Below, one piece after another: positions 1 through 12,910 of a stretch of DNA of 64,000 bases. Below the pieces are notes generated by a model. It did no database searches. It worked only from the letters and a program-made list of their open reading frames with translations, and had not been told where the DNA came from. Numbering within the stretch: the first letter of the stretch is position 1; each line of letters starts with the position of its first letter. The translations under genes and the position numbers were made by a program. The DNA comes from Alphaproteobacteria bacterium (GTDB lineage Bacteria > Pseudomonadota > Alphaproteobacteria > UBA828): assembly GCA_965214705.1 (NCBI GenBank), contig CBDCCI010000002.1, positions 2,944,001 through 3,008,000 of the forward strand, in the 5' to 3' direction.

Positions 1-466
1 CTTCATGGCGCTCGACCGCACCCAGGCCAGGTGGAAGCAGGAGACCCCTCAGTTCGTAGCCATGGCGGCCGACTTCCTGCCGGAGTCGCTTGCGCTCGGC
101 GGCATGTTCGCGGTGGGCGCCGAGGGCGCAGTGCTTCTAGCGGTCCTCATCGGGCTGCAGAACCTGCCCGAGGGCTTCAATGCGTGGCGGGAACTCAGCG
201 CCAGCTCGTTTAACCGGCGGATCGTACTCGGCTTGATGGTGCTGCTCGCCTGCTTCGGCCCCGTGTGCGGCCTGATTGGCTGGTTCTGGCTCGCCGATCA
301 GGCCATTGCGCTCGGAGCAATCATGCTGTTCGCGGCCGGTGGCATCCTCTACCTCACCTTCCAGGACATCGCGCCGCAGGCGCGACTGGAGCGGCACTGG
401 GCGCCGCCGCTCGGTGCCGTGCTGGGCTTTGTGCTCGCACTGCTCGCGGAGATAACGTTCCACTGA
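1..466 (+). CDS. ZIP-family (ZupT-like) divalent metal transporter, 5'-truncated by the window
   Basis: Hydrophobic protein with DFLPESLALG, QNLPEG and AAGGILY..QDIAP motifs typical of ZIP transporters. Confidence 0.8.
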   Translation, partial: FMALDRTQARWKQETPQFVAMAADFLPESLALGGMFAVGAEGAVLLAVLIGLQNLPEGFNAWRELSASSFNRRIVLGLMVLLACFGPVCGLIGWFWLADQAIALGAIMLFAAGGILYLTFQDIAPQARLERHWAPPLGAVLGFVLALLAEITFH

Positions 467-515
467 GGTGGCCGGCTGCCGAATCCTTGGGGCGGAATGA
501 CCGCGGCACGGCTTA

Positions 516-1340
516 CTAGTGCGACATCAGCACCGGCACCGTCATCTCCCGCAGGATGTCACGCGTCGCGCCGCCCAGCAGCAGCTCCCGCAGTCGGCGG
601 TGACCATAGGCGCCCATGACGAGGAGCTCTGCGCCGACATCGCTGACCGCAGACAGCAGGAGACCGCCGGCATCGCTTCCTGACGACGCGTCCGTATGCA
701 TGGTCTCGACACTCACCCCGTGCCGCGCCACATGTGCGCTCACGTCTGTAACCTCTATGCGCTTGCTGTCGCCTTCGTCGATACCGAGAACGATCACCTT
801 GCTTGCCTGCTTCAGAAACGGCAGAGCATCGGCGAGCGCGCGCCTCGCTTCCCGCGAGTCATTCCAGGCGACCATGACCGTCACCGGATCGACGCCGAAC
901 GAGCCCGCATAGGGCCAGACCAGCACGGGGCCGCCCGCGCTCAGGACGACGCCATCCGCAAGGCCGGATGTGCTGCGCGAATCGTCTGGGTCTGTCTGAC
1001 CGACGATCGTGATGTCGGCGCAGTGCGCGCTGGTCGTGACGGCCTCGATCGGATCTCCAGCCAGGAGACGCCACTCGGATGGCAACGCCGTCTTTGCCAT
1101 TCTCACGGCGAACGCCCGTTCGGCATCCGCGGCCCATTCGCGCTGCTTCCGGCTCACATCCTCCAGGACGCCCTCCGGAATCTCGAAACTGCCGGCATAT
1201 GTGGGCAAGGATGGGAATGGCAGCACGTACACACCCGTCACTCGTCCCCCGCAACGTTCGGCCAGTCCGATCGCCGCATCCAGGCGTGCCGGCGCCCGCC
1301 TGTCGCGAGACAGGTGCACCAGAATATCCCTGTAGGTCAT
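516..1340 (-). CDS. Universal stress protein (tandem USP domains)
   Basis: Starts MTYRDILVHL after GAGG; C-terminal LLVMGAYGHRRLRELLLGGATR..VPVLMSH signature. Confidence 0.92.
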   Translation of the reverse strand: MTYRDILVHLSRDRRAPARLDAAIGLAERCGGRVTGVYVLPFPSLPTYAGSFEIPEGVLEDVSRKQREWAADAERAFAVRMAKTALPSEWRLLAGDPIEAVTTSAHCADITIVGQTDPDDSRSTSGLADGVVLSAGGPVLVWPYAGSFGVDPVTVMVAWNDSREARRALADALPFLKQASKVIVLGIDEGDSKRIEVTDVSAHVARHGVSVETMHTDASSGSDAGGLLLSAVSDVGAELLVMGAYGHRRLRELLLGGATRDILREMTVPVLMSH

Positions 1341-1574
1341 GGTTGTTTCCTCCCGCGTTGAGCCATGCGCCCCAAACGTTTCATGTCTAAGAGGAGTCCT
1401 CTCGGTCATCGGGCAAGGAAGGGGGTATGGGATAGATCGGGTCTCCCATGGGAACCGCCGGTTACCGTGATCTTCTTCCAGCTTACCCGCCTGCCAGTCT
1501 CCGACTCGATCTTGCAAGCGAGACGGCGGAGCTTGTCTCGGGGATAATCCGTGTTTCGCACGCTACCGGCTTGG

Positions 1575-2960
1575 TCAAGGAGGCTCTTGCCCGCCGCCTC
1601 CCTCTCGATGCGCGGTATCGGCGTACTGTTCACGAGCGACCCAACGGTCCAACAGGATGGTCGCGACGAGATCCCCGCTGACGTTGATCACCGTACGGCT
1701 CATGTCGAGGATGCGATCCACGCCTATGATCAGCGCGATCCCGGCCGGAGGAATGCCCACGGAACCCAGCACCGTGGCCAGGATGACGATGCCGACACCC
1801 GGCGTCGCCGGCGTGCCGATGGAGGCGCCCACCGCGGTGACCACGATCAGGGCCATGCCGCCGAGGCCGATATCGATGCCGTAGACCTGCGCCAGAAACA
1901 GCGCCGCGATGCCCTGATAGAGCGCAGTGCCGTCCATGTTGATCGTGGCCCCCAGAGGGATCACGAACTGCGAGATCGACGGCCGGACACTCAACTTCTC
2001 CTCGGCCGTCCTGATCGACAGTGGCATGACTGCAGCCGAGCTCGACGTGGAGAACGCCAGCAGCAGGAGCTCGCGCGCCTTGCCGAGATAGCGTCCCGGC
2101 GTGATGCCGCTGCCGACGTAGAGGACGGACAGGCTCACGACCATCAGAATCAGAAGCCCGGCCAGGACGGTGCCCACGTAGACCGCCATGCCGATGATGG
2201 CGTCGAAGCCGATTCTGGTCGTGAGCTGCGCGAGCAGGCCGAAGACGGCGAAGGGCGCAATCCGCATCGCCCAGCGCACGACAGTCATGCAGACTTCCTG
2301 CAGCGAGCCCAGCAAGTCCAGCAGGGGCTTGGCCTGTTGGGGCGCCATCATCACCAGCGCAGCCCCGACCACGATGGAGAAGATCACCACCTGAAGCATG
2401 TTGCTTTCGACCGCGGCCACCAGCGGATTTGCCGGCAGCAGCGCGAGAAGCGCCTGCGGTATATCGGCGATTCGCGGCAACGCCTCGGTATTCGCCCCCT
2501 GGGATGCCGACGCGCGCAGGGTCTGGACGGCTTCGCCCTCGACAAAGCGGCCCGGCTCGATCAGGTCCGCCAGGATCAACCCGATGGCGATCGCGAATGC
2601 GGTGGTCAATACGAAGAGGCCCACCACGCGCAGGCCGACCTTGCGGAGCTGCGCGACGGTCCCCGAAGAGGCGATGCCGCGGATGATGGAGCTGAAGATC
2701 AGGGGAATGACGATCATCTGGATGAGCACCAGGAAGAGTTTTCCAGGGAGGGCCAGCCAGTTGGCGACCGTCGTGGCCGTCTCGGCATCGATCCAGTCGA
2801 CGGAGGGACCCAGCATGATCCCGGTGCCGATGCCGAGAACCATGCCGATCAGAACCTGCAGCCACAGGCGGCCGCGCAGCAGCGAACGGAGGCGTTCGAA
2901 GAACGATGCAGTCGGGCGGGGATGCCGCCCCAGGTCAGAATGAGGTCCGGCGTCAGTCAC
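1575..2960 (-). CDS. Dicarboxylate/amino acid:cation symporter (DAACS, GltP-like)
   Basis: AFSTSSSAAVMP, GATINMDG and DRILDMSRT motifs; start placed at GTG 2960. Confidence 0.92.
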   Translation of the reverse strand: MTDAGPHSDLGRHPRPTASFFERLRSLLRGRLWLQVLIGMVLGIGTGIMLGPSVDWIDAETATTVANWLALPGKLFLVLIQMIVIPLIFSSIIRGIASSGTVAQLRKVGLRVVGLFVLTTAFAIAIGLILADLIEPGRFVEGEAVQTLRASASQGANTEALPRIADIPQALLALLPANPLVAAVESNMLQVVIFSIVVGAALVMMAPQQAKPLLDLLGSLQEVCMTVVRWAMRIAPFAVFGLLAQLTTRIGFDAIIGMAVYVGTVLAGLLILMVVSLSVLYVGSGITPGRYLGKARELLLLAFSTSSSAAVMPLSIRTAEEKLSVRPSISQFVIPLGATINMDGTALYQGIAALFLAQVYGIDIGLGGMALIVVTAVGASIGTPATPGVGIVILATVLGSVGIPPAGIALIIGVDRILDMSRTVINVSGDLVATILLDRWVAREQYADTAHREGGGGQEPP

Positions 2961-3142
2961 GAGGAGGCGCGTCTCGAACGGTCGGGCAGCACGGCCTGTA
3001 CGACATCGATGACTGAGCCCTCGTGCAGATCGTCTCCGTTGTCGCCGGAGGAGTGCAGAGTCGACGAGCCATTTCTCCGTCGGCCGATCTTCGCTGCCGG
3101 CATCCCGCTCTTTGCTCGGAACCGCCCCGCCTTCGACATTCG

Positions 3143-5530
3143 CTATTCCCCGATCGCCGGCCGGGCCGCGCGCCAATAGTCGAACGCCCTGTCCTGGGCG
3201 ATTCGGAGAAACGTGCCTTCGGCATAGCCAGTCTCGGGATCGTACTCGCCCGCCGGCACGCCTGTGAGAAGGGTCAGGGCTTCCTGGATGGTCGCGACGG
3301 CGTGGACGCTGAATTCCCCCGCCACGCAGGCCGCGAAGACGTCTTCCGACAGCATCAGCTCTCCCGCATTTGCCTTCGGGATGATGACGCCCTGGGTTCC
3401 CGTGAGCGCGCCGGCACTGCATACGGCAAAGAAGCCCTCGACCTTCTCCGTCACCGCGCCGATCGGCTGCACATGGCCGAGCTGGTCGATGGCGCCGGTT
3501 ACCGCGAGGTCCTGACGCAGCGGCACGCCCGTGAGAGCGCTCAGGAGACAGCACATCTCGGCGGCGGAGGCGGAATCGCCGTCGATGCCGCCATAGCTTT
3601 GTTCGAAGGCGACCGACGCGGAGAAGGCCAGCGGATGGCGGGTCTTGAGCAAGTGGCGCAGCAGGCCGCCGAGGATGTAGAAGCCCTTGGTATGGATGGC
3701 GCCCGACAGTTCGGCCTCGCGCTCGATATTGACCACGCCGGCGCTGCCGGGTCCCGCGGTCGCGGTGATACGCTGCGGGAAGCCGAAGGTCAGCGCCCCC
3801 GTGCTCACCACCGCGAGCCCGTTGATCTGACCGGTTTCGCTCCCCTTCGTCCGGATGCCGATTGTGCCCTCGGCGATCAATTCTCGAAACCGCCGGGCCG
3901 GCATGACTCCACGCCGCCTGCCTCGCCGGATCGCCTCGACGACGTCGGCCCCTGACACCGTCTTGCGTTTGCTCGCGGCGGCCAGGAAAGCGGCCTCGCG
4001 GGCGATGTCGGCAAGACGGCCGAAGCGTGTCGTAAGTCGGTCGCGCCGCCCGGCTATGCGTGCGCCGCGATCGACCAGAGCGACAACCGCGTCGCGTGTG
4101 AACGGCGGCAGCTTCTCGTCTCGGGCGATCCGCGAGATAACACCGGCGTAGTATCGAACGCCGGTCTCGTCGCGCGGAATGGTGGTCTCGAAGTCCGCCA
4201 GCACCTTGAACAGTTCGCTAAAGTCCGGGTCGGTAACGCTCAGGAGCTCGTAAAGGCCACCATTGCCGATCAGTACCACCTTGACGTTGATCGGGATGGG
4301 GTCCGGCTTGAGAAAGGGCCCGCCAAATGGAGAAGCGAGCTCCGCCGGCACGATCTCGAGCATGCCGGAGCGAAGGCTGCGCAAGAGCATCTTCCAGGCA
4401 CCGGGTTCGACAAGGACGTCGCGCGCCTCGAGGATCAGGAACCCACCGTCGGCCTGCAGAAGCGACCCTCCCTGTATCATCATGTGATCGGTGTGAAACT
4501 TCCCGTCGGCCACGAACGCGCGCTCGATCTCGCCAAGCAGGTTTCTGAGCGTTGGAGTGTTCTCGACAACGATGGGGCAATCCGAATCGACTTCGTTCTC
4601 GACAAGCGGGTTGATCCGGTACTTGCGGATTGCCAGACCGATCTGGTCGAGGGCGCCCAGGTACTGCACCAGGTCACTCGTCACGCCGGCGAGGAATTCG
4701 CGCACCTGCGGAACGTCGAACTCCGTCTCGATCGCGTCGATGTGATAGCTGAGGAAACGTCGGGTCTTCGATTCGAGAAGCGCGCGCAGCTTCTGGCGGT
4801 ATTCCAGCCTGAGCTCCGCAATGTGGTGGTTGATTTCGTCGAACTTGATCGCAAACGCACCGATGCGATCACGAATACCTTGTATCTCATCGGCCTCGAT
4901 CTTGCCTTGTTTCCGGAGCGTCTCCAGCTGCTCGAACGGCACGGGCTCGCCGTCGACGACGGGGAGGATGCCAGGCTGCACGACGCCGCCCGCCGTGCGG
5001 GTGACCAGCACCAGGCCGTTGGCACGAAGCTCCTCCTCGAACGGCTCACTGAGATCACGCATGGCCTGCTGGGCGCTCTGATCGAGCGCCGCACGCTTGG
5101 CGCGCACGGTATCCGAACTGAGGGTTTGTGCGAGCTGGTCCTCGATGATCTCGATCAGTCGATCGACGCTTTGGCGGAAGGCCCGTCCCTGCCCGCGCGG
5201 CAGCGTGATCAGGCGAGGCCGTCCGGGCTTTGTGAAGTTGTGAACGTAGCAGCGGTCGTCTGTGAGGGGACAGCCGGGGCTGACGTCCTCGAGCAATTGG
5301 CGAAGCAGGCTCTTCCGTCCGGTGCCGGCGATACCACGGACATAGACGTTCTGACCCGGCGCGAACACTTTCAGTCCGTAGCGCAGCGCCTCCATTGCGT
5401 CGTCCTGACCGATGATCCCGGTGATGGGCTCAATGTCGTCGGTCGTACGGAATTCGGGGAGTAGCGGATCGCTGCTCCAGCGCAGAGCACCTTCGCCCAG
5501 CCTCTTGTCCTTCCCGACCTCAGCGCTCAC
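3143..5530 (-). CDS. Lon-like (LonB/LonC-type) AAA protease
   Basis: IIGQ, Walker-like GIAGTG, Lon C-terminal GIDGDSAS (catalytic Ser) and EKVEGF (catalytic Lys). Confidence 0.9.
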   Translation of the reverse strand: MSAEVGKDKRLGEGALRWSSDPLLPEFRTTDDIEPITGIIGQDDAMEALRYGLKVFAPGQNVYVRGIAGTGRKSLLRQLLEDVSPGCPLTDDRCYVHNFTKPGRPRLITLPRGQGRAFRQSVDRLIEIIEDQLAQTLSSDTVRAKRAALDQSAQQAMRDLSEPFEEELRANGLVLVTRTAGGVVQPGILPVVDGEPVPFEQLETLRKQGKIEADEIQGIRDRIGAFAIKFDEINHHIAELRLEYRQKLRALLESKTRRFLSYHIDAIETEFDVPQVREFLAGVTSDLVQYLGALDQIGLAIRKYRINPLVENEVDSDCPIVVENTPTLRNLLGEIERAFVADGKFHTDHMMIQGGSLLQADGGFLILEARDVLVEPGAWKMLLRSLRSGMLEIVPAELASPFGGPFLKPDPIPINVKVVLIGNGGLYELLSVTDPDFSELFKVLADFETTIPRDETGVRYYAGVISRIARDEKLPPFTRDAVVALVDRGARIAGRRDRLTTRFGRLADIAREAAFLAAASKRKTVSGADVVEAIRRGRRRGVMPARRFRELIAEGTIGIRTKGSETGQINGLAVVSTGALTFGFPQRITATAGPGSAGVVNIEREAELSGAIHTKGFYILGGLLRHLLKTRHPLAFSASVAFEQSYGGIDGDSASAAEMCCLLSALTGVPLRQDLAVTGAIDQLGHVQPIGAVTEKVEGFFAVCSAGALTGTQGVIIPKANAGELMLSEDVFAACVAGEFSVHAVATIQEALTLLTGVPAGEYDPETGYAEGTFLRIAQDRAFDYWRAARPAIGE

Positions 5531-5596
5531 TGCTCGATCCCTCCTCGTTTGACCCGGACTCGGTGATCCCCATCGCCGGTACCGCGCATGTCTCCG

Positions 5597-6418
5597 CTAC
5601 TCGTGCCTGTGCCTCAGGTACACAAGCCAATAGACGAGCGCGACCAGCACCGTGCCGCCGACCATGTTTCCGAGAGTCACGACGACGATGTTTCGCGCCA
5701 GGCCCACGAGCTGGTCGGCGCCGGGCACCGCACCGCCAGCGAACAGGCCGACAGGAATCAGATACATGTTGGCGACGCTATGCTCGAAGCCGAGCGCGAC
5801 GAAGGCGGAGATCGGAAATACGATGGCCAGGATCTTTCCGCTGACCGTATGGGCCGCAAAGCAGAGCCAGACGGCGAGGCAGACCAGGGCGTTGCACAGG
5901 ATGCCGCGGAAGAAGGCCTCGATACCATTCAACTCGATCTTGGCCTGTGCAATGGCTGCAGCAGTCGCCTGAACCTCCCCGCCGCCGGTTTCCAGGATGC
6001 CCGACAGAAGGACCGCGACCGCACTTGCGACCGCGCCGACGGCGTTGCCGACATAGACCAGGAGCCAGTTCCGCAGCAGGCGGCGCGTCGTCACCCGCCG
6101 CTCGGCCCAGGCCATGGCGATCAGGTTGTTGCCCGTAAAGAGCTCGGCACCCCCGATCACGACCAGGATCAGGCCCAGGGAAAAAGCAATCCCGCCGAGA
6201 AGGCGGGTGGGCCCGAGGCCCAGCTCCGAGCCCGTGACGACGACGGTATAGCTCATGCCGCCGAAGGCGATGAACGCACCGGCCAGCACGCCGAGAACCA
6301 GCGTCTGCAAGAACGGAAGGTGCGCCTTGGCGACGCCTGCAGCCTCAACGCGCTTTGCGATCTGCGCCGGAGAGTAGGCGTCGATATCGAAGGGATGGGG
6401 CGAGCGGTTATCGTTCAT
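5597..6418 (-). CDS. Formate/nitrite transporter (FNT family)
   Basis: GAELFTGN, GILCNALVCLAVW, FEHSVANM and LGNMVGG motifs. Confidence 0.93.
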   Translation of the reverse strand: MNDNRSPHPFDIDAYSPAQIAKRVEAAGVAKAHLPFLQTLVLGVLAGAFIAFGGMSYTVVVTGSELGLGPTRLLGGIAFSLGLILVVIGGAELFTGNNLIAMAWAERRVTTRRLLRNWLLVYVGNAVGAVASAVAVLLSGILETGGGEVQATAAAIAQAKIELNGIEAFFRGILCNALVCLAVWLCFAAHTVSGKILAIVFPISAFVALGFEHSVANMYLIPVGLFAGGAVPGADQLVGLARNIVVVTLGNMVGGTVLVALVYWLVYLRHRHE

Positions 6419-6585
6419 CGGGGTCCGCCTGACTCAGCTATTCGCCCGTTCAGATCGCGAGAGCCTTCGAGGACGCGCCTCGCGTGGAAACGGCCTGCCC
6501 TGGGGTACGAAAATGTGCGCCGCGGGCAACGCGCGCCGCCGCGCGACTCACATATCCCGTGGCTGCGGCCGAATGGCGACACCGG

Positions 6586-8454
<1,869 letters not shown>

Positions 8455-8611
8455 CCCTATGTCGCGTGTCGGCGCTCATGCCGGCCCGGACGGACCGTTG
8501 GCCACGCCGTCGTCCTCTCCGTCCTAGTCCCCAAGATGGCCGCGAGGGGAAAGGGCAGGGACGGATCCAAGTGGCCTTCCTGCATGGCTCATGTGCGTCC
8601 GTCCGGCAGCC

Positions 8612-9448
8612 TCAATGCGCGAGCAGAACCGGCACGGTGGTGAAGCGCAGGACGTCGCGGGTCGTCCCGCCGAGGACCGTCTCGCGCAAGCGAGAGCGGC
8701 CGTAGGCGCCCATCACGATCAGGTCGGCGCTGCGATTGGCAGCCCTGTTCAGGATTGTGTAGTCGACCGAAGTGCGGGACGTCGTGTCGTCGGTCTCGAC
8801 CGAGACGCCGTGTCCGGCGAGATGGGCCGCGAGGCCGGCGACCGGCGGGAGCTCCCGTCCCTCTTCTTCGATGCGGAGCGCGACGACCCTTTCGGCCCGA
8901 CCCAGGATCGGCAGCGCGTCGCCAACCGCTCGCGCCGCCTCCCGGCTGCCGTTCCAGCAAACCAGCACGCAGCGGCCGACGGTGTCGATCCGAGCGTCGG
9001 CAGGTATGGCGAGAACCGGCCGGCCTGCCGCCAGCGCAATCTGTGCCGGAAGGTCGACGGCAGCGCGTTCCGGCCGGGCATCCGGCCCCACCGGGCCCAC
9101 CACGGTAATGTCGGCGTTGCGGGCGTGATGCGCGACGGTGGCCTCGATGGCGCCGAAGGCGAATTGCCATTCGGGCTTTGAGGTCCAATCGCGCAAGTAC
9201 GTCTCGAAGGCGCGCCGAACATTGTCCGCCCGCTCGAGCGCGGCCGCGTTGTAGCGTTGCCGCATCTCGATCAAGGGCTCGTATGCGTTCCGGAGGCCGA
9301 AGCCGAGACCCGGCGGAAGGTTGGGAACCACGTGCAGGCCGATCAGCCGTGCATCGTTGCCGGTCGCAAGAGCCTTCCCGGCGTCGATCCGCGAAAGATC
9401 GCTCTCCCCGCCGTCCAGATAGACGACGATCGTTCGGTAGCCGGTCAT
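8612..9448 (-). CDS. Universal stress protein
   Basis: MTGYRTIVVYLDG start; ADLIVMGAYGRSRLRETVLGGTTR signature. Confidence 0.9.
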   Translation of the reverse strand: MTGYRTIVVYLDGGESDLSRIDAGKALATGNDARLIGLHVVPNLPPGLGFGLRNAYEPLIEMRQRYNAAALERADNVRRAFETYLRDWTSKPEWQFAFGAIEATVAHHARNADITVVGPVGPDARPERAAVDLPAQIALAAGRPVLAIPADARIDTVGRCVLVCWNGSREAARAVGDALPILGRAERVVALRIEEEGRELPPVAGLAAHLAGHGVSVETDDTTSRTSVDYTILNRAANRSADLIVMGAYGRSRLRETVLGGTTRDVLRFTTVPVLLAH

Positions 9449-9467
9449 GGTCGCATGGCTCCGCGGC

Positions 9468-9806
9468 TCAGCGCGCTTCGTCGCCATCGGCCACGCTGGC
9501 ACACTCGATGCAGCGGCTGGCGTAGGGCAGCGCGTCCAGTCTCCGCCTTCCGATGGGCCCACCGCAGACTTGGCACGTGCCGTAGGTTCCGCGCTCGATT
9601 CTCCCGAGGGCGGAGCCGATCTGCTCGATTTCCCGAAGCGCCGAGACCTCGAGCTCCTCGAGAACTTCGTCGTCCTCCTTCTCCTGGGCCATGTCTTCGA
9701 CATCGGCGCTGGAGGCCACGCGCAGGTCGCGCTGGTAGTTCGACAGCAAGCGGCGCAGATCGTCTCTTCGTCGCTCGAGCCGGTTGCGATCCGTCGTTAC
9801 CGACAT
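9468..9806 (-). CDS. TraR/DksA C4-type zinc-finger protein
   Basis: ALGRIERGTYGTCQVCG..I..RRL.ALP....CIEC. Confidence 0.9.
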   Translation of the reverse strand: MSVTTDRNRLERRRDDLRRLLSNYQRDLRVASSADVEDMAQEKEDDEVLEELEVSALREIEQIGSALGRIERGTYGTCQVCGGPIGRRRLDALPYASRCIECASVADGDEAR

Positions 9807-11467
9807 TGCGCCGTCCCCGAGGCTCCTTCACCGTGGCGCACCGTCCTGCCGCCAGCACAGGACGACCCCGAAGCCGCCTGTTTTCTGCCTTCACGGTTGG
9901 CGCTATCGATCCGGTTCGGGTTCGCCGTCGCGGCCTCCGCGGTCAGCGCGCAAAGCTGTTCCGCGACGGCTGCGGGCTCGGCGAGCGAGACGATGCGGCG
10001 CCACGACATCTCGCCGATGGAATAGCGCTCCTGTCGTTCCACCACGTAGGTCGTCGCATCCGACACGTCGCGGCCGCGCTCGGCGACGCGCCTCCTGAGA
10101 ACCTGCCCCGGCGCTTCGAGCCAGAACCCGGCGAAGGACACGCCTGCATCCTCCGCCACCTCCTCGATCGCCCGGCGCTCCCCGGGGCGCGCGTGCACCG
10201 CATCGACGATGACGCTGGTCCCCGCCACCAGCGCGGTGCGGGCGCGGTCCCGCAGCAGCGCATAGGTTCGCTCACCCGCCGCCGGGGAATACGCACGAGC
10301 GGGCAGCTGGGCCTCCGGATCCGAGTCGAAGAGCCGCTTTCGCACCACGTCGCTCTGCAGCACGAGCGCACCCGGGACGCCGCCAATTCTCGGCGCCATC
10401 AACCTGGCGATCGTCGACTTGCCGCTCCCGGAGAGGCCACCGACGGCGATCAGGCGAGGCGGCGGCGGCGCAATGCAGGTGCCTGCGAGCCCGAAATAGG
10501 CACGTGCGTCTTCGCCCGACGTGTTGTCGGTACCGGTCGACTGAGACCCGCTGGCACGCGTGGCGGCTGCGACATGGGCGCGAATTGCCGCACGGCTCGA
10601 CATGAACAGCGACAACGCCCCGAGGCCATCGATATCGTCGCGCCGCCACAGGTATCGGTTGAGCAGCCGGTTGGCCTCTGCCTCCAGTCCACGGTGCCAG
10701 AGATCCATGAGCAGAAACGCCAGGTCGTAGAAGACGTCGATGCAGGCGAAGCTCTCGCAGAACTCGATCGCATCGAAGAGGGTCGGTTTGCCGTCGACCA
10801 GGCAGACGTTGCGCAGGTGCAGGTCGCCGTGGCAGCGGCGCACGAGACCGTTCCGGCGTCGACGCTCGAGCCGCGAAGACTGGGCCGCCAAGCCCGCGTC
10901 GGCTGCGACCGCGAGATCGGCTACTTCCGCCTGGGCGAAGAGATCGGGATAGCGCGACAGCTCCACAGCGTTCTCCGCGAGCACCCTCGCGATACCTGCG
11001 CGGCCGCCGTACGCCGGCGTGGGCTCGGCATGGTTGTGAAAGCGCGCAACGGCATCGGTCAGCCCGTCCACCAGCCCGGCGGTGAGTTCATGGCGCCGGG
11101 CAAGTTCGTCCAGGACCAGGTTCTCGTCGAACCTGGCCATGCATACGACCCAATCCAGAACTTCGCCCGGCCCGTCCCAGGCCACCTCCCCGTCGGGGCG
11201 GCGCACGATCGCTCTCGCACACCGGTAGATCGACGGCGCGGTGCGGCGGTTGACGCGAATTTCCGCTTCGCACGCGGCGCGGCGCCGCGCCACGGTGGAA
11301 TAGTCCATGTAATCGAAACGGACTGCGCGCTTGAGCTTGATCGCGCTCTCTCCCGACAGGAACACCACCGCCCCGTGAGTCTCGATCCGGCGCACGGCGG
11401 CAGTGCTGCCATGCGCCGCGGGGGTGGACAGGAAGTCAATGACGTCGCTCTGGTCGTCCACGATCAT
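9797..11467 (-). CDS. APH-like kinase / AAA_33 fusion protein (Rv2004c-like)
   Basis: IETHGAVVFL, RRCHGDLHLRNV, FDAIEF, then P-loop GLSGSGKST and SDAT motif. Confidence 0.9.
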   Translation of the reverse strand: MIVDDQSDVIDFLSTPAAHGSTAAVRRIETHGAVVFLSGESAIKLKRAVRFDYMDYSTVARRRAACEAEIRVNRRTAPSIYRCARAIVRRPDGEVAWDGPGEVLDWVVCMARFDENLVLDELARRHELTAGLVDGLTDAVARFHNHAEPTPAYGGRAGIARVLAENAVELSRYPDLFAQAEVADLAVAADAGLAAQSSRLERRRRNGLVRRCHGDLHLRNVCLVDGKPTLFDAIEFCESFACIDVFYDLAFLLMDLWHRGLEAEANRLLNRYLWRRDDIDGLGALSLFMSSRAAIRAHVAAATRASGSQSTGTDNTSGEDARAYFGLAGTCIAPPPPRLIAVGGLSGSGKSTIARLMAPRIGGVPGALVLQSDVVRKRLFDSDPEAQLPARAYSPAAGERTYALLRDRARTALVAGTSVIVDAVHARPGERRAIEEVAEDAGVSFAGFWLEAPGQVLRRRVAERGRDVSDATTYVVERQERYSIGEMSWRRIVSLAEPAAVAEQLCALTAEAATANPNRIDSANREGRKQAASGSSCAGGRTVRHGEGASGTAQCR

Positions 11468-11598
11468 GACGATCGAGCGACCCGTTCGCTCGCCTTCACG
11501 GCGGCAACCCGCACGTTCTCGCGATGATCCGCCGCGTTGGAGCGCCGCCCCTGGCGCCACGCCGCGATGCCGCCCACCGCGATGACGATACGCACGAT

Positions 11599-12600
11599 TC
11601 AGCCCCCGATCGTCGCCACGAGGAGCGCCTTGACGGTATGCATCCGGTTTTCCGTCTGTTCGAATTGAATCCCTGCGGCCGACTCGAACACCTCCTCGGT
11701 GACCTCCATCTCGGCAACGCCGAACTTCCTGTAGATTTCCTCGCTCACCCTGCTCCCGCGGCCGTGGAAGGCGGGCAGGCAGTGCATGAATCTTGTGGAG
11801 GGGACGCGGGTAGCCTCCATCAGCTCGCGGTTGACCTGATAGGGCTTGAGCAGCCTGATCCGCTGCTCCCAGCGCTCGCGCGGCTCGCCCATCGAGACCC
11901 ACACGTGGGTGTGCACGAAGTCGCATCTCCGCACCGCCTCGAGCGGGTTCTCGGTGACGGTCAGCCGCGCGCCGTGGGCCGACGCGAGCGCGCGTGCCGT
12001 GTCCTCGAACTCCCGGCTCGGCCAGCAGGCGCGGGGGGCGGCGATTCGAACATCCATCCCCATCAGGCACCCCGCGATCATCAGCGAGTGGCCTACGTCG
12101 CCGCGCGCATCGCCGACGAAGGCGTAAGCGATCTCCGACAGCGGCTTGTCGTCGTGCTCCTGCATGGTGAACAGGGCTGCCAGCGTCTGCGTCGGATGAA
12201 ACTCGTCCGTCAGGCCGTTGAAGACCGGGACGCCGGCGAATGCGGCAAGCTCCTCGACCTCCTCCTGGGCGAAGCCGCGGAATTCTATGGCGTCGCACAT
12301 GCGGCCCAGCACCCTTGCGGTATCCTTCATCGACTCCCTCAAGCCGCTCTGCGAGCCTGCAGGGCCGAGAGCAGTGACCCCGGCCCCCTGATCCATGGCG
12401 GCGACCTCCAGGGCGCACCTGGTGCGGGTCGACGGCTTCTGGAAAACCAGACAGATGTTCTTGCCCTTGAGCCGCCTCTGCTCCCTTCCGCCGTACTTCT
12501 CCCGCTTCAGGGCGTGCGACAGGTCGAGCAGAAAGCGAATCTCCTCCTGATCGAAGTCGAGAAGTTTCAGGAAGCAACGTCCTCTGAGATCGACGGCCAC
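11599..12600 (-). CDS. argF: Ornithine carbamoyltransferase-like protein with altered ornithine-binding residues
   Basis: STRTR, HPTQ, SMG, HCLP and ENRMH motifs, colinear with ArgF/ArcB; several invariant residues changed (see findings). Confidence 0.8.
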   Translation of the reverse strand: MAVDLRGRCFLKLLDFDQEEIRFLLDLSHALKREKYGGREQRRLKGKNICLVFQKPSTRTRCALEVAAMDQGAGVTALGPAGSQSGLRESMKDTARVLGRMCDAIEFRGFAQEEVEELAAFAGVPVFNGLTDEFHPTQTLAALFTMQEHDDKPLSEIAYAFVGDARGDVGHSLMIAGCLMGMDVRIAAPRACWPSREFEDTARALASAHGARLTVTENPLEAVRRCDFVHTHVWVSMGEPRERWEQRIRLLKPYQVNRELMEATRVPSTRFMHCLPAFHGRGSRVSEEIYRKFGVAEMEVTEEVFESAAGIQFEQTENRMHTVKALLVATIGG

Positions 12601-12910
12601 TCTGGGAGCCTCCTCACTTTCCGGGGCGGACGGATCCGGGTCGTCCCCATAGCCGGTCCTCGCATCGCAGTCCTCGAGCATGACGGGTGCGTACACGGCG
12701 CCGCGGCAGCTCGGTCCAGCAGGGGGGCGAGGCTTGCCGGACGGTGACCGATCGCCAGCCGCCGGCCTCGACTGCAGAGCCTCCGGGAGCCACCGCGTCT
12801 TCGTGCTTGCGCCGAGGGCGGCTGCTCCCGGAGCGTCTCCCGTCGCGCGAGCGTCCGCTCGGACCGCGAGGGGGAATCGCGGAGAGCCTGGAACCAATGG
12901 GCGCGGGCCC

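Noticed and set aside
2957-3139. 60-aa ORF bridging the Lon-like and DAACS genes
   Set aside because: Position suggests coupling but it has no motif and low-information composition
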